From Squalus acanthias (Eukaryota): a stretch of 64,000 nt of DNA. A program made the position numbers and the translations under genes. Each line of letters begins with the position of its first letter. Position 1 is the stretch's first letter. Below, piece by piece: positions 1-13,554 of this stretch. The stretch covers positions 23,128,001 to 23,192,000 of the forward strand of contig CM059432.1 in the NCBI GenBank assembly GCA_030390025.1, in the 5' to 3' direction. The notes under the pieces were generated by a model that searched no databases, had not been told where the DNA came from, and saw only the letters and a list, made by a program, of their open reading frames with translations.

Positions 1-947
1 ACTGCACCACTGTGTCGCATAAGAAGCCGTTGCTTCGCATTACACTGAAGAATTCAATTTGGTCACGAATTTTATGGAAATATAAAATCATCCCATAAAG
101 ATTTACCGGGTTGCAGGGGACTGGGGAAGGAAGATTGAGCTGAGTCCACAGCTGTTGTCTTTCCTTCTGTTTAAAGAGACAGACAATCTTTTGGGAATAA
201 ACAGGCTGGATCCTGGTTGCAGAAATGTGCTCAACATCACATTGTGTGTCCACTTTTGTGAAAAGGGATGAGTGATATTAAATGAGGAGATATTATTTGC
301 GCAAAAAATGAATAAATTATTAGCTGCCAGAATGAAGGAAGTGCAACAAAAACTTGCTCGAAGCTTAAAACAAAAATGGGACACTTTACGATCAGCCTCA
401 AAACAGACTGAATGTACTGGCACATTGTAGGAAGTGAGTCCGCCCACATTGCTGCTTAACTCAGCACATGGAGCATTATACAACTCTGCACAAGAGCTGC
501 TAAAATGTTACCACTCCAACGCTCTAGATTTTGAAACAAGGGTCATATCTGAGGGTAAACCAACATTATCAGTTGAATTACTGAGTCCATGTTTGATGCC
601 TGTCGCAATGGCGGCAGACCATTGCTGGGACAGGACATCCAGATGCCCCATGGGTGCACCCCTAATTACGGCCAATTTTCCGGGGTCAGGTGATATTTAA
701 ATATTTTGGATGAGTGACAGGACCATTTTTGACATGGCTTGGGCCCCTGCCTCAGGTGAGTGGGGAGGATAATTGCTGCTGGACCTACTACTCTGTTCAG
801 TCATACATTATCTGCAAAGTCAACTAGCTTCATAATTGTTTGTCACTGGCTTCGTCTCAGTAAACTATTGAGCGATCTGCCTGTCAGAAGACAGGAGAAG
901 CGCATGCGGTGGGACAACTGTGAGATTACAGTATCCTGTTCATTTAA

Positions 948-1415
948 ATGTCATTTACGTCATTTCACATGACGTAGAGTCATCCAGACTCGAGTCGTCG
1001 TTGGCTTGTTCACAGATGTGATTTCCAGTAAAAAAAAAAGTAAAAAGTTTAAAGTTTATGGTTTTCCATACAGACTGCATTTGACACATTAGACCCCCTG
1101 TGACCCCACCTCATTGTCTTAGTTGTATCTTGCTATGTCTTTGATATAATGCCTTCCTGACTGACCTGATTGTTTCTCTGCCGAGGTGTGATAAAAGGCA
1201 GTCAGAAAGATTAACTGTAGTCGTCTGACATTGTACGCTGCACAGGCATTGTGCTCTGTCTATATATGCTTTGCCGATTCGTATTCCTTCACTTCACCTG
1301 ACGAAGGAGCAGCAGCTCCGAAAGCTTGTGATTTCAAATAAAACTGTTGGACTATAACCTGGTGTTGTGCGACTTCTCACTTTTGTCCACCCCAGTCCAA
1401 CACCGGCATCTCCGC
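948..1415 (+). mobile_element. Penelope-like element 3' end (pLTR) with 15-bp TSD
   Basis: Flanked by direct repeat ATCCTGTTCATTTAA (933-947, 1416-1430); same family as 57543-58569, which carries a GIY-YIG C-terminus; contains a hammerhead motif and AATAAA. Confidence 0.85.
1294..1331 (+). ncRNA. Minimal type I hammerhead ribozyme (PLE-associated)
   Basis: TCAC-CTGACGA-A-GGAGC-AGCA-GCTCC-GAAA-GC-TT-GTGA: conserved core boxes, stem I TCAC/GTGA, stem II GGAGC/GCTCC, palindromic AAGCTT in place of stem III. Confidence 0.8.
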
Positions 1416-1989
1416 ATCCTGTTCATTTAACATAGGGCTTTAATATTACAGCTCTGGGTCATATTATAGTATTACTAGAAATTGGGCAGTAAAGGAAAAA
1501 TCCTGATCATAAAGGACGCAGGGTTCACTTATGGGAGAGACTGGTGATGATGAACCTGAAAAAATATCTAGAGCAAACCTGCAATTTAGAACATTCAGCA
1601 AGAGGTCAATGGCTTCAGAAGAGGAGAAAATTGGTGAAGGAAGTGTTTTTGTTAAAGCATAGCACTGGCCCCTGGTCTGCTTTTATCAATCACATTACTG
1701 CCCTCTACTGTCTCCTTTATTTTCAGCATTTACCCTTCTCTCCTCTCGTTAAAGTGTTTAATCTTGCTGGGATGCAATTCCATGGGCACTGTAGCCCTCC
1801 AGTATCTAAACAGTGAGTGTTGGCAAGTTGTGGGCAGATCACAGCCAAACTCAATCCTGGCTTTATTCACTGTCCACACATACATACTTTCCAGCAGGAG
1901 TCATGAGATAGAAATCTAGAGCAGAAACCCTAGCTGATTTTTCTCTTTTTCGTCCCAAGAATACTGAGGCCAATTTTAGCAGGGAGATA

Positions 1990-2368
1990 GAAAGAAAGAC
2001 TTGCATTTATATCGCGCCTTTCACAATCACCAGATGTTCCAAAGCACTTTACAGTCAATAAAGTACTTTTTGAAGTGTAGTCACTGTTGTAATGTAGGAA
2101 ACGTGGCAGCCAATTTGCACACAGCAAGCTCCCACAAACAGCAATGTGATAATGACCAGATAATCTGTTTTAGTGATGTTGATTGATAAAGACTGGCCAG
2201 GACACCAGGGATAACTCCCCTGGTCTTCTTCAAAATATTGCCATGGGATCTTTTATGTCCACCTGCAACTCATCTGAAAGATGGCACCTCCGACAGTGTA
2301 GCACTCCCTCAGTACTGCACTGGAGTATCAGCCTAGATTTTTGAGCCAACTGAGCCATGGCTGACACT
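1990..2368 (-). mobile_element. SacSINE1/DeuSINE-like tRNA-derived SINE
   Basis: Minus strand begins gtgtcagccatggctcagttgg (A box), has a Deu-domain-like core (ccatggcaatattttgaagaag...gtgtcctggcc) and ends ataaatgcaagtctttctttct. Further copies or pieces at ~4410-4644, 8256-8374, 23598-23699, 24641-24700 plus 26429-26764, 27745-27998, 54563-54941. Family name is from memory. Confidence 0.75.
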
Positions 2369-5300
2369 CTTAGCTGAGATCAGCTAACTCAACAGAGACC
2401 AAGAATTGAATAGGAAACTTCTGCTCTCATCTGCGTGCCGATGCAATGCATGACTGTGCTTATAACAATTAAACCATCAGAGGACCCCAACTTTCTCCAT
2501 TAATCAAGCCCATACAGCGACTCACTACTGCCACCACCGGAAGGAAGTGGGAAGGAAAGATTGAGGACTTAAAATCTGCTGTCCATTCAGTGTAGCGAAG
2601 CATAATAAATAGGTAGCAAGCGGCTGTCACTTTACAGTGTGGAAATTGGTTATGGGCATGGAATTCTTTTGTTAGCTGGTAGCCACCTACTATCCTATTT
2701 ATAACATGCAGAGCAGCTGGCTTTTAACCACTTTTTTACTGAGTGGTATCATTCATTTCCATTGTAACTGTTTTAATGATGGGATCTGAGGGTTAACATT
2801 ATTGTTCCAATTTGTTTTTAATAATTTTCTCACAAAGATTTAATTTATATTTCTACATGAACCCTGTGATAGCTTTCTCCTTTTCTTTCTTCTCAGTTTT
2901 CTCCCTTGCTAAAGGTGTTGACTCCTTGCTGTTGTACAGTTGAGTGCGTGCTGGGTACCTTCCGATATGTTGCCTAAATGACCATTATTTGCAGCACAGT
3001 GATTGTTGGTAGACTATTCAGCATTAGGGAGGCGGGATCACAGATGAGCCTGATTCTGTCCTCGCACGCATCCACATCCATGCACTTCTAACAGGAATCA
3101 CCGGATAACAATCTGGTCAATTTCTTTTTTACTCTTCCTAACCTGGGCAGACTATTTGTAACACCCCTACTACTACCTCAACAAACTCAGCATGGACAGG
3201 CACTCTCACCTCTGTGGTTCAGCTACTCAATGGATAAACTCCCTCCAGGGAACAGTTTTTTTCCTCTTTATCGGAATTTTTTTTTATCCCTGCTAGCCTT
3301 GACAAGAACTCCTTTTTTGAGGAGTGGGAGGGGATACTTTTTACCTTGAATGAACTTGGCTCAGTTCTCACACCAGTTGGAGCAGAGCCATTACTACACA
3401 ACGGCATGAAAGAATTTTCCGTCTGTGTTGAAAGAGAATATATGCGTTAATTGGTAGTTACTGAAGATCTGGATTAGTGTGTCTATGGGGTGTGATGGTG
3501 TTGAATGTTGTCTTGTTCTTTAGTGCCGCAGTTATGAACAGATTATTAGTAGGCTCAGACCTCACTCGATTCAACCTTGGCATAGATGGATTTACAATAG
3601 ATGTATTGTACCAATAGAAATGCCACTTAAGCGGTTTTATAATGACCCATGAATTGGAGGAAATTAAATGCTTTTTTTATGCTGTTAACATTAAAATCAC
3701 AGTGATGGACTGCATTTTAGGACCAACATATACCACTGAGGAGCAGAGGGACGTTGATTCAACTTTCCCCTCTTCCCCAATACATTGACTTTTTGATCCC
3801 AGCCATGCTACGGTGACTCACAGCAGTGTAAAGCCTCATAATAATTAATTAATTTAACCGGTATAAATGCTACAACTGAAATCCCTTTAAGATGGCCTAA
3901 ACTTTACTCATCATCTCTGTTCTGCAGCAGGTTTGGATATAACAATCACACGTGCACTGCTTTGTGATAGCACAATTATACAGTGCCATGTGAAAGCAAC
4001 TTCTAGCAGCTTCCTTTAGCTACAAAAACAACAAAAATATTCATTTAAACTCTTATTTTTATATGTGTGTTAGAAAGAAAAGGTCATAGACACCAGGCCA
4101 TGGACTCTCCTACATTCAGCAGTAGTCTCATGCAGAAGATCGCATTATCCCACTGTTCTGCTTGAGGATTGCGATCTCGGTATTGGTACACGGTGCCAGT
4201 AATTCCCAAGATTTCTCATGCTTTCTCTCATGGAGGATGAAGAGAAAGCAAGTGGAGGCAAGACTATCCCAGCATTCTTACAGTCGTGAAATCCTTCTAT
4301 TAAAACTAAAGTTCTTGCCGCTTAAGAGGACTTTCACTATCATACTGACCACTGGGAGAGTTCTGGTTTCAAAGCTATCTCACCAGCCAGAAAAAAAAGG
4401 GTGAAATTAAAAGAAAGAACTTGCATTTATATCAGGCCTTTCACAACCTCAGGACATCCCAAAGCACTTTACAGCCAATGAAGTAGACGGGGTTTAATGT
4501 CTCATCTGAAAGATGCCACCTTTGACAGTACAGCACTGCAGTGTCAGCCTAGATTATTGTGCTCAAGTCTCTGGAGTGGGACTTGAACCAACAACCTTCT
4601 GACTTAGAGGCAAGAGTGCTACCAACTGAGCCACGGCTGACACTACCTTGATGTTTGGTTGGAGCATGAAATGTGTGAAAGTGAATCGGCGGTCTGTTTT
4701 ACACGCGGCTGATGTTCTTTTCCATTGATGTCAATCGGGCGTGCTCTAAAACAGGCTGCTGATCGTCATCACCCATTTTACACTGTCGCCAAAGACCGAT
4801 TTCACCCCAAAGATTTAGAAATCCCACAGCCAGGTGGCTATAAAGAAAGAAGGACAAATATGGAAGAAAAAGAAATTGAAAAAGAGAGAAAAGGAAAGAT
4901 AAGAAGAGGAAGAAAATAATACATTAATGGCTACCTGGCTATACCTGAGCAAAAAATGGAACACATGTCGTTTGCTGCTTTCAATCATGTTTATAATTTG
5001 GCACATGTGGTTTGTGGCTGAAAACTTTTACATGTAGAATTTGTCCAGTGTGGATAACTCCAATATCCACTCATATAATATGATGAAACATTTCCATTCA
5101 TGAAAAAAACAGAGCTAGCTTTTCTCTCTGTATTAAAGAGTAGAGGTTTCTCTGCAACTTTTTGTTTGTAGATATACTGTGAAAGTGACTAACCTACAAT
5201 CCATGGGCTCAGGTAACTTAGTCCAATTTGCGTTTTTATTTATTATTTGCTGGTTTGTCCTGTTTGAATTATGTAGGCCCAGTGATTTGGAAATGAAGGT

Positions 5301-6494
5301 TCTTGGCATTGATGGCTAAACCCATATCAACCATGCCCATGAGGCTCCATGACATGTACCAATGAGGCCCGGGAAGACATAAAGCCTGGCCACCCCTTTA
5401 TGTAAGGTATATCCATTATACTGACATAAACATTCCCGTTATAGTGATTATAAATGAAAGAAACTTAAGGCATCAATGAAAAATATCTCTTTGTCAAGCC
5501 CATTCCTTCCACATCGTGTATTCTGTCATGGATTCTACCCAACCCCACTTAATCTCATTTGGAAAGGTTTTGAAAGATTTTTTTTCTCCCTTCCAAGGTT
5601 ATTTCAACCAAAATTAAACAATATTGGTCTAGAAACATAGAAGAAACATAGAAAAATAGGAGCAGGAGTAGGCCATTCGGCCCTTCGAGCCTGCTCAGCC
5701 ATTCAATATGATCATGGCTGATCCTCTATCTCAATACCATATTCCCGCTCTCTCCCAGAGTCTGTTACAGATTCAATTGCATCGGTTGCACTCCTAAGTG
5801 GTCTGAGCATCTTACTTTTATGAGCGCTGATTCACACTGCCCTATATCTTCTGCTATATTGTACATAACCTGGGGATGGATCAATAACATCTCCTTACGA
5901 TCTGGACCAGATACTCATTTCTTTCAGATGTATATTTCTTCAATTTTTCCAATGACGGACTGAGTTACCGCTACGGGAGGCTTGATACCAATCATTAAAG
6001 ATGCTTTATTTCACAGTAAAGAGAACATGCAGATCAACAGTTATAATCAGATTTACATAGTTCAATCAGTAAAACTTTATGTAACTCAATGATATAAAAA
6101 TAATGAATATTCTATGTCACCCCACTTCAGCGAGTCATCATGCTTGACTTAAAGTTAATTATCTAACATCTACTATGTGTCATCACAGCACCTTGCTGCC
6201 TGGATGCCCCAGTGAAGGCCCTCACAGTTTTTCCTTTACCCAAAGCTCACATGTGAGGCTCTCCTGTCCCCTCATGAAGTTGGAGCTTGGCTTCACCGCT
6301 CCAGGTGTCGATGAGAAGAATTGATAATCAAGCCTGCTACTGTGTCCCCTCCCTTTGAAACTAACTTTGTGTAAAGCTCAACAGGAAGGAGCATTCCATT
6401 CACCCCCATTGTGAATATTTATTGGGAGCCCCTGGGATGAAATAATGGCTCCCCTATTGTTTTTGATTATCCTGGGTAATTGTGTCAATGTAAA

Positions 6495-7006
6495 AAGGAG
6501 GAGTAAGACCCACTTTTAACAAGGTAAGTAGTGAATTAAGTATTTTTTTGAATTTTTTTTTACAGGTATATCTTTTTTAGAGACTTTAAAGACAGGTAAG
6601 TTTATTTTTATAACTTTTTAAAAGATTTTAAATTTTTTCAAAAATTTAATTTTTTATTTAAAATGGTTAATTTATTTAACTATACTTATTTTATTAATGT
6701 GATGGTTTTTTTTAAAATTTAATTGAGGTTTAGCTGTTATTTTGGGGGGGTGTAAGATTCATAGATTTCACAGCCGTGCTGTGAAACTTATGAATGGAAG
6801 ATGGTGTGCTGCCATTGGCTCTAACTGAGTCACGTGATCCCACAGCTCGCACGAATTCACTACGCCGGTGGGATACGCAAGCACTGCCCGGCTGATGTCT
6901 GGAACATCAAGTTCGTGCGAGCTGGATCTGAAAAAGCACAAGCGAGGTGAGAGATCGCGGGGAAGGCTTACCCCCGCGGGAACAGAGCGAGATCAATTTC
7001 TGGGCC
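6495..7006 (-). mobile_element. Partial inverted copy of the 8837-9600 MITE
   Basis: 6515-6860 is a close reverse complement of ~8995-9340; ends AATTTCTGGGCC. Confidence 0.8.
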
Positions 7007-8836
7007 AATATCTGACTTTTTGCACCTATTCGACAAATGCCTACAGCTTGTGGCTTTCATTTTTAAATTCACTTTGTATTTAAAGTTCAACACTGAAGGT
7101 GCAATTTTTTTTCCCAAATCCATTTTGTGGAAAAATGGTCAAAAAATCCTGAAACATGAGACTGTCTAACCGTACAGCCTAGGTTACTAACCTTTTCTTG
7201 GCTGCTTTCCTTGACATGACTGTTTACAGTTCCATTAGCCCAGGAGCCATTATGTTCTACAGAGTATTCAAAGCTGATCATTTTGCATATTTAGGGCCAT
7301 AACCTCCTGATGAACTAGGCTGGGATACTGTTGGCAGAGATAATCACAGAAATTATGACACAATGTAGATAAAACTGTGCATTTTGGAGTACACAGCAAT
7401 CTTGCCTGACGAATCCACTGTACTTTTCTAATTGTGATGATCACACGGTTAGTAGTAGTGCTGCCACCTGGCGTAACAGATGGTATTACATCTAATATTC
7501 CACATATTCCAACAAAGAACTAATTGCACAATTGCTGTCATCAGGCTTGAGAAAGTTCAGCAGCGAAGTACCAGCAGTCCTGCCTTGAATCTGTTATGAG
7601 TTTTACAGTTGCTGACTTCTTGCTGTACTTGTAAAACTTGGGTTACCACCAGCTGACAGACCAGCAATTTTCCAGACTGTAAATTAATCCCGACAGTTCA
7701 ACTGCATCCATGTCTTTCTATTCCCTCAGGAAATGTAAAGAAAGAAAAAAAGTTGCTGCTGCATTATCAACTAACATTTGCTAAAATAAATCAACATGCC
7801 TGCTACTAAATAAATTCTGGTTAAGAGAATAAAAATAATACATGAATATTTTCCTCCAAATTTTCTCCCCTGTTCTGCTGAACGTGGTGGCTAATATTGG
7901 AATGTAGTTCCACGAAAGCCGGCTATCATCTATTACCTCACTCATGTGACACTCATGCGTGAGCCTTGACAACGAATGCTAACAAATTATTCGACCATAA
8001 AGGGGAAACTAGCAAGACTTAAACCTATTCACACTCACTATTTGTTCCTTGTTAGAAAGTGATGGCAGGATGACAAGATATATACTGAGTGGAGTGCCCC
8101 AGGAGCATATGAATAAATAGGACCGAAAAAGGCCATTGCGGTCCATTTAGCGATGAGTGCTGAGGCTCCTACTGTTCCGAATGGACACTAATCATTTAGA
8201 TTCAGATACCCAATGCTACTGAACTGGTTTTCAGATGATACTAAATTAAGAAAGAAAAATAAGAAATAACTTGCATTTATATAGCACCTTTCATGACCTC
8301 AGCATGTCCCAAAGCGCTTTACAGCCAATAAAGTACTGTACTTTTGAAGTGTAGTCACTGTTGTAATGTAGGAAGATTCAAGTCAGTGGAAGAATTCAGG
8401 GACCTGCAAAAGGAGTTAGTAAAAGTGGCAGATAAAATTCAATACAGGTAAGTGTGAGGTCTCATAGACTGGAAGAGAAAATGGATGTCACAAGTATACC
8501 GTGATGGTGTACTTTCCTTAGTGGGACCAGGAAGAATGGGAGTGCTCCTCCTGACCCCAGACAAAAAGTCTGTGCCTCTGCTGCCCCAGGCTCCTACGTG
8601 ACTTGCCTTGGTGCTGGCAAGTGGCCTCTGGGCCTTAGAATTTTGACCTGCCCACAGCCAACCAGCCAGCTGCCACTTCGTGCATTTCAAACAGGCAGCT
8701 GGACGGTGGAGGGTAAGTGAGGCCCAGTGGTTAAAAGAGCCCGGGAGTCAAACTGATGACATTCCCCCCCTGACCTCCCACATGCCAGAAATACGCCATC
8801 AAGTTACAATTCTCGCCCTTGATCTTTATATATAAT

Positions 8837-9600
8837 GGACCAGAAATTAAACAGTGAGGGTTCCCGCGGGGGTAAGGAATCCCCGCGATATCGCACTCCG
8901 CGCCTACCTTTTTGCTCCGGGCCCACACGAACTTTAGTTTGAATGGCTCTGTCTCTTGGAACCGTGCAGTGCTTGCGTAACCCAGAGACGCAATTAGTTC
9001 GTGCGAGCTCTGGGATCACGTGATTCAGTTAGAGCCAATGGCAGCACACCATCTTTCATTCATAGTTTTGACAGGAAGACCTGTCAAAGCTATGAATACT
9101 ACACACCCCCAAAATAACAGCTAAATCTCAATTAAATTTAAAAAAAAGACATCACATTAATAAAATAAGTATAGTTAAATAAATTAACCACTTTAAATAA
9201 AAAATTAAATTTTTGAAAAAATTTAAAATCTTTTTAAAAGTTATAAAAATAAACTTACCTTTCTTTAAAGTCTCTAAAAAAGATAAACCTGTTGAAAATT
9301 TTTTAAAATAACACTTAATTAACTACTTACCTTGTTAAAAGGGTGTCCTACGCCTGCTTTCTTTATGTGTAAAATCTTCACCACTTACCTGCGCTTTCAA
9401 AGCTCAAAAAATAACGAAGTGCACTGCGTGCGCGCAGCCTGTAGCGCGCACGCGGTTCACTTAGGAACCGCCCCCTTTTGAATTCACGAAGTGCCGGTTT
9501 CCCGCGCATGCGCAGTGCATGCAGGAAACCGGCAATTGGAGACCTAATACGCGAGAGTACACAGTGCGTACTCTCGCGTATTAGGTCTAATTTTCGGGCC
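8837..9600 (+). mobile_element. MITE (Harbinger-like), AT-rich centre, hairpin-rich ends
   Basis: Imperfect TIRs GGACCAGAAATTA / TAATTTTCGGGCC, TSD AAT; homologous to 6495-7006 (inverted) and 18737-19440. Confidence 0.8.
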
Positions 9601-9898
9601 AATATATCTGAAGTAGCACCAGATTGCCACATTGAACTCTACTGCTATTCAGCCAAAGATAGATTAATTCCAAATTCATTGTCGACTAAGTGTTGCATTG
9701 TGTATAGTGCTGCCACAGGCAAAGAAAACACTGTACTTCGGGTGATAAAAATTAACTGAAAATCTTAATAAATATAACAACTATATTGCTTCAGTATCAT
9801 GAGATAAACAAGTAAATGAAAATAATGTATTTCTGTTGTCAAAAAATTAGACTTTGATGTCATTTTAGAAATTTACAGAAAGACCTCTCAAAATCTAG

Positions 9899-12513
9899 AC
9901 TGGACCCCATGAAGTCTCATGGCTTCAGGTCAAGCATGGGCAAGGAAACCTCTTGCTGATTACCACCTACCGCCCTCCCTCAGCTAATGAATCAGTACTC
10001 CGCCATGTTGAACACCACTTGGAAGAAGCACTGAGAGTAGCAAGGGCACAGAATGTACTCTGGGTGGGGGACTTCAATGTCCATCACCAAGAGTGGCTTG
10101 GTAGCACCACTACTGGCTGAGTCCTGAAGGACATAGCTGCCAGACCGGGCCTGTGACAGGTGGTGAGAGAACCAATACGAGGGAAAAACCTACTTGACCT
10201 CGTCCTCACCAATCTACCTGTCGCAGATGCATCTGTCCATGACAGTATTGGTAGCAGTGACCACCGCACAGTCATCGTGGAGACGAAGTCCCGTCTTCAC
10301 AATGAGGACTCCCTCCATCGTGTTGTGTGGCACTACCACTCTGCTAAATGGGATAGATTCAGAACAGATCCAGCAGCTCAAAACTGGGCATCCATGAGGT
10401 GCTGTGGGCCATCAGCAGCAGCAGAATTGTATTCCACCACAATCTGTAACCTCATGGCCTGGCATATCCCTCACTCTACCATTACCATCAAGTCGGGGGA
10501 CCAACCCTGGTTCAATAAGTAGTGTAGAAGAGCATGCCAGGAGCAGCACCAGGCGTACCTAAAATGAGGTGCCAACCTGGGGAAGCTGCAACACAGGACT
10601 ACATGCATGCTAAAAAGCGGAAGCAGCATGCTGTAGACAGGGCTAAGCGATCTCACAATCAACAGATCAGATCAAAGCTCTGCAGTCCTGTCACATCCAG
10701 TCGTGAATGGTGGTGGACCATTAAACAACTTATAGGAGGAGGAGGCTCCATGAATATCCCCATGCTCAATGATGGTGGAGCCCAGCACGTGAGTACAAAA
10801 GACAAGGCTGAAGCGTTTGCAACCATCTTCAGCCAGAAGTGCCGAGTGGATGATCCATATCGGCCTCCTCCTGTGGTCCCCACTATCACAGAAGCCAGTC
10901 TTCAGCCAATTCGATTCACTCCATGTGATATCAAGAAACGGCTGAGCGCACTGGATACAGCAAAGGCTATGGGCCCCGACAACAGCCCAGCTATCGTGCT
11001 GATGACTTGTGCTCCAGAACTAGCCGTGCCTCTAGCCAAGCTGTTCCAATATAGCTAAAACACTGGCATCTATCCGACAATATGGAAAACTGCCCAGGTG
11101 TGTCCTGTCCACAAAAAGCAGGACAAATCCAACCCGGCCAATTACCACCCCATCAGTCTACTCTCAATCATCAGCAAAGTGATGGAAGGTGTCATCGACA
11201 GTGCTATCAAGCGGCACTTACTCACCAATAACCTGCTCACTGATGCCCAGTTTGGGTTCCGCCAAGACCACTCGGCTGCCGATCTCATTACAGCCTTGGT
11301 CCAAACATGGACAAAGGAGCTGAATTCCAGAGGTGAGGTGAGAGTGACTGCCCTTGACATCAAGGCAGCATTTGACCGAGTATGGCATGAAGGAGCCCTA
11401 GTAAAACGGAAGTCAATGGGAATCGGAAAAATCTCCACCGGCTGGAGTCATACCTAGCTCAAAGGAAGATGGTTGTGGTGATTCAAGGTCAATCATCACA
11501 GCCCCAGGACATTGCTGCAGGAGTTCCTCAGGGTAGTGTCCTAGGCCTAACCATCTTCAGCTGCTTCATCAATGACCTTCCCTCCAACATAAGGTCAGAA
11601 ATGGGGATGTTCGCTGATGACTGCACAGTGTTCAGTGCCATTCACAACTCCTCAGATAATGAATCAGTCCATGCCCGCATGCAACAAGACCTGGACGACG
11701 TTCAGGCTTGGGCTGAGAAGTGGCAGGTAACATTCACACCACACAAGTGCCAGGCAATGACTATCTCCAACAAGCGAGAGTCTAAGCATCGCCTCTTGAC
11801 ATTCAACGGCATTACCATCGCCGAATCCCCCACCAACAACATCTTGGGGGTCACCATTGACCAGAAACTTAACTGGACCAGCCACGTAAATACTGTGGCA
11901 ACAAGAGCAGGTCAGAAGCTAGGTATTCTGCGGCGAGTGTCTCACCTCCTGACTCCCCAAAGCCTTTGCACTATCTACAAGGCACAAGTAAGGAGTGTGA
12001 TGGAATACTCTCCACTTGCCTGGATGAGTGCAGCTCCAACAACACTCAAGAAGCTCAACACCATCCAGGACAAAGCAGCCCATTTGATTGGCATCCCATC
12101 CACCACCTTAAACATGCACTCCCTCCACCACTGGCGTACTGTAGCTGCAGTGTGTACCATCTACAAGATGCACTGCAGCAACTCACCAAGGCTTCTTTGG
12201 CAGCACCTCCCAAACCCGTGACCTCTTCCACCTAGAAGGACAAGGGCAGCAGACGCATGTGAACACCACTACCTCCAAGTTCCCCTCCAAGTGACACATC
12301 ATCCTGACTTGGAAGTATATCGCTGCTCCTTCATCATCGCTGGGTCAAAATCCTGGAACTCCCTACCTAACAGCACTGGGAGTACCTTCACCACACGGAC
12401 TGCAGTGGTTCAAGAAAGCGGCTCACCACCACCTTCTCAAGGGCAATTAGGGATGGGCAATAAATGCTGGCCTTGCCAGCGACGTCCACATCCCATAAAA
12501 ACGAATTAAAAAA
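9899..12513 (+). mobile_element. 5'-truncated CR1/Jockey-group LINE; degenerate ORF2 (APE + RT) and 3' UTR
   Basis: Fragments WVGDFNVH, LDLVLTN, SDH, NYHPISLLSIISKVMEG, QFGFR, LDIKAAFDRVWH, GVPQGSVLG, FADD, YKAQVRSVMEY; several stops and frameshifts; A-rich end. Confidence 0.92.
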
Positions 12514-12714
12514 TCAGAATCAGACCTGAAATGTGTACACAATGTAAGTTCTAGACTGTCGTGTCCCTTATGAATTCTCTCATATTGTTGTGCCATCGTC
12601 AACCTCTAGGCAAACCCTAGTAATGCCATCCATTCTAAAATGTTTCATACAGAAACCTATGTTTTTCAGAAACTAGAAGGGAAATGTGCAGCTTACTATA
12701 TGGTCACTGATTAT

Positions 12715-13554
12715 GGGGGCGATTTTGCCCGCCCTGGGGAGGCGGGTTTGGAGGCGAGACTGCCGGGAAAATGGCAGAAACTGGGGGCGGGTACCCATCC
12801 TGCCCCCAACCCGCCTCCGTGGCATCTTCCCAGGAGGTGGGTACCTGACCGGGTCCCGTCTCCTCGAGGCGGGAAGGGGATTACAGCCACTTAACTGCCT
12901 GTTAACAGGTAGTTAACAGGCAGTTAAGAGGATTGTCCCCATTTTTCCAACAGAAGAGCGGGCTTCCAGACGTCGGGAAACCCCGCCAGGGTCAGCGAGG
13001 CAAGCAGTGGGTCTGCGGGGGTCAGAAGGTTCGAAAAGTGCGCTGTGGAGGTGAGTGAGTGGTGCAAGTGTGGAGAGGTAAGTATGTGAGGTGAGTGAAA
13101 AGTGTTAGAAAAAGTTTCCTCACCTTTGTTTCTTCCTGCAGGCTTCAATCGTTGGGGATCCGGAGGCTCCGGCATCTCCATGGCAGAGATGACAGAATGG
13201 CTGCTGCATTCTCCGATGCAACAGCCATCTGCTTTCTGCTCAGAAAATAGGTTTGGTGAGTCTTGAGTACAAGAACTCACCAAACAACAGAGAATGTCAG
13301 TATTTGACAGCTTCACAGATCTGTCAAACGATGACAAGTCATGTGTCAAAATTTTTTGACAGCTGAAACATCATACGCTGACGTTCTCTGTCACCGGCTT
13401 TCCCTTAATTGGCCTGCTAAGCCCGCTGGGCAGGCGTAACAAGGTCAATCAAGGGAAAATAGCGTGGGTTGGCTGGACGTCGATGGAGGCGGGACTAAAA
13501 CCCGACAAGCAGCAGTCCCGCCTCCATCACATCCCCATTGACAAAATCACCCCC
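12715..13554 (+). mobile_element. MITE / non-autonomous DNA transposon
   Basis: TIRs GGGGGCGATTTTGCC / GACAAAATCACCCCC; internal 16-bp inverted repeat 12891-12927. Confidence 0.8.

Noticed and set aside
103..972. Short ORFs at the window start and most other 60-130 aa ORFs in the track
   Set aside because: No recognisable domains; consistent with chance ORFs or alternative frames of repeats.
5277..5401. Exon-like segment between tgtag and gtaagg
   Set aside because: Stops in all three frames and no Gly-X-Y pattern; not supportable as a coding exon.
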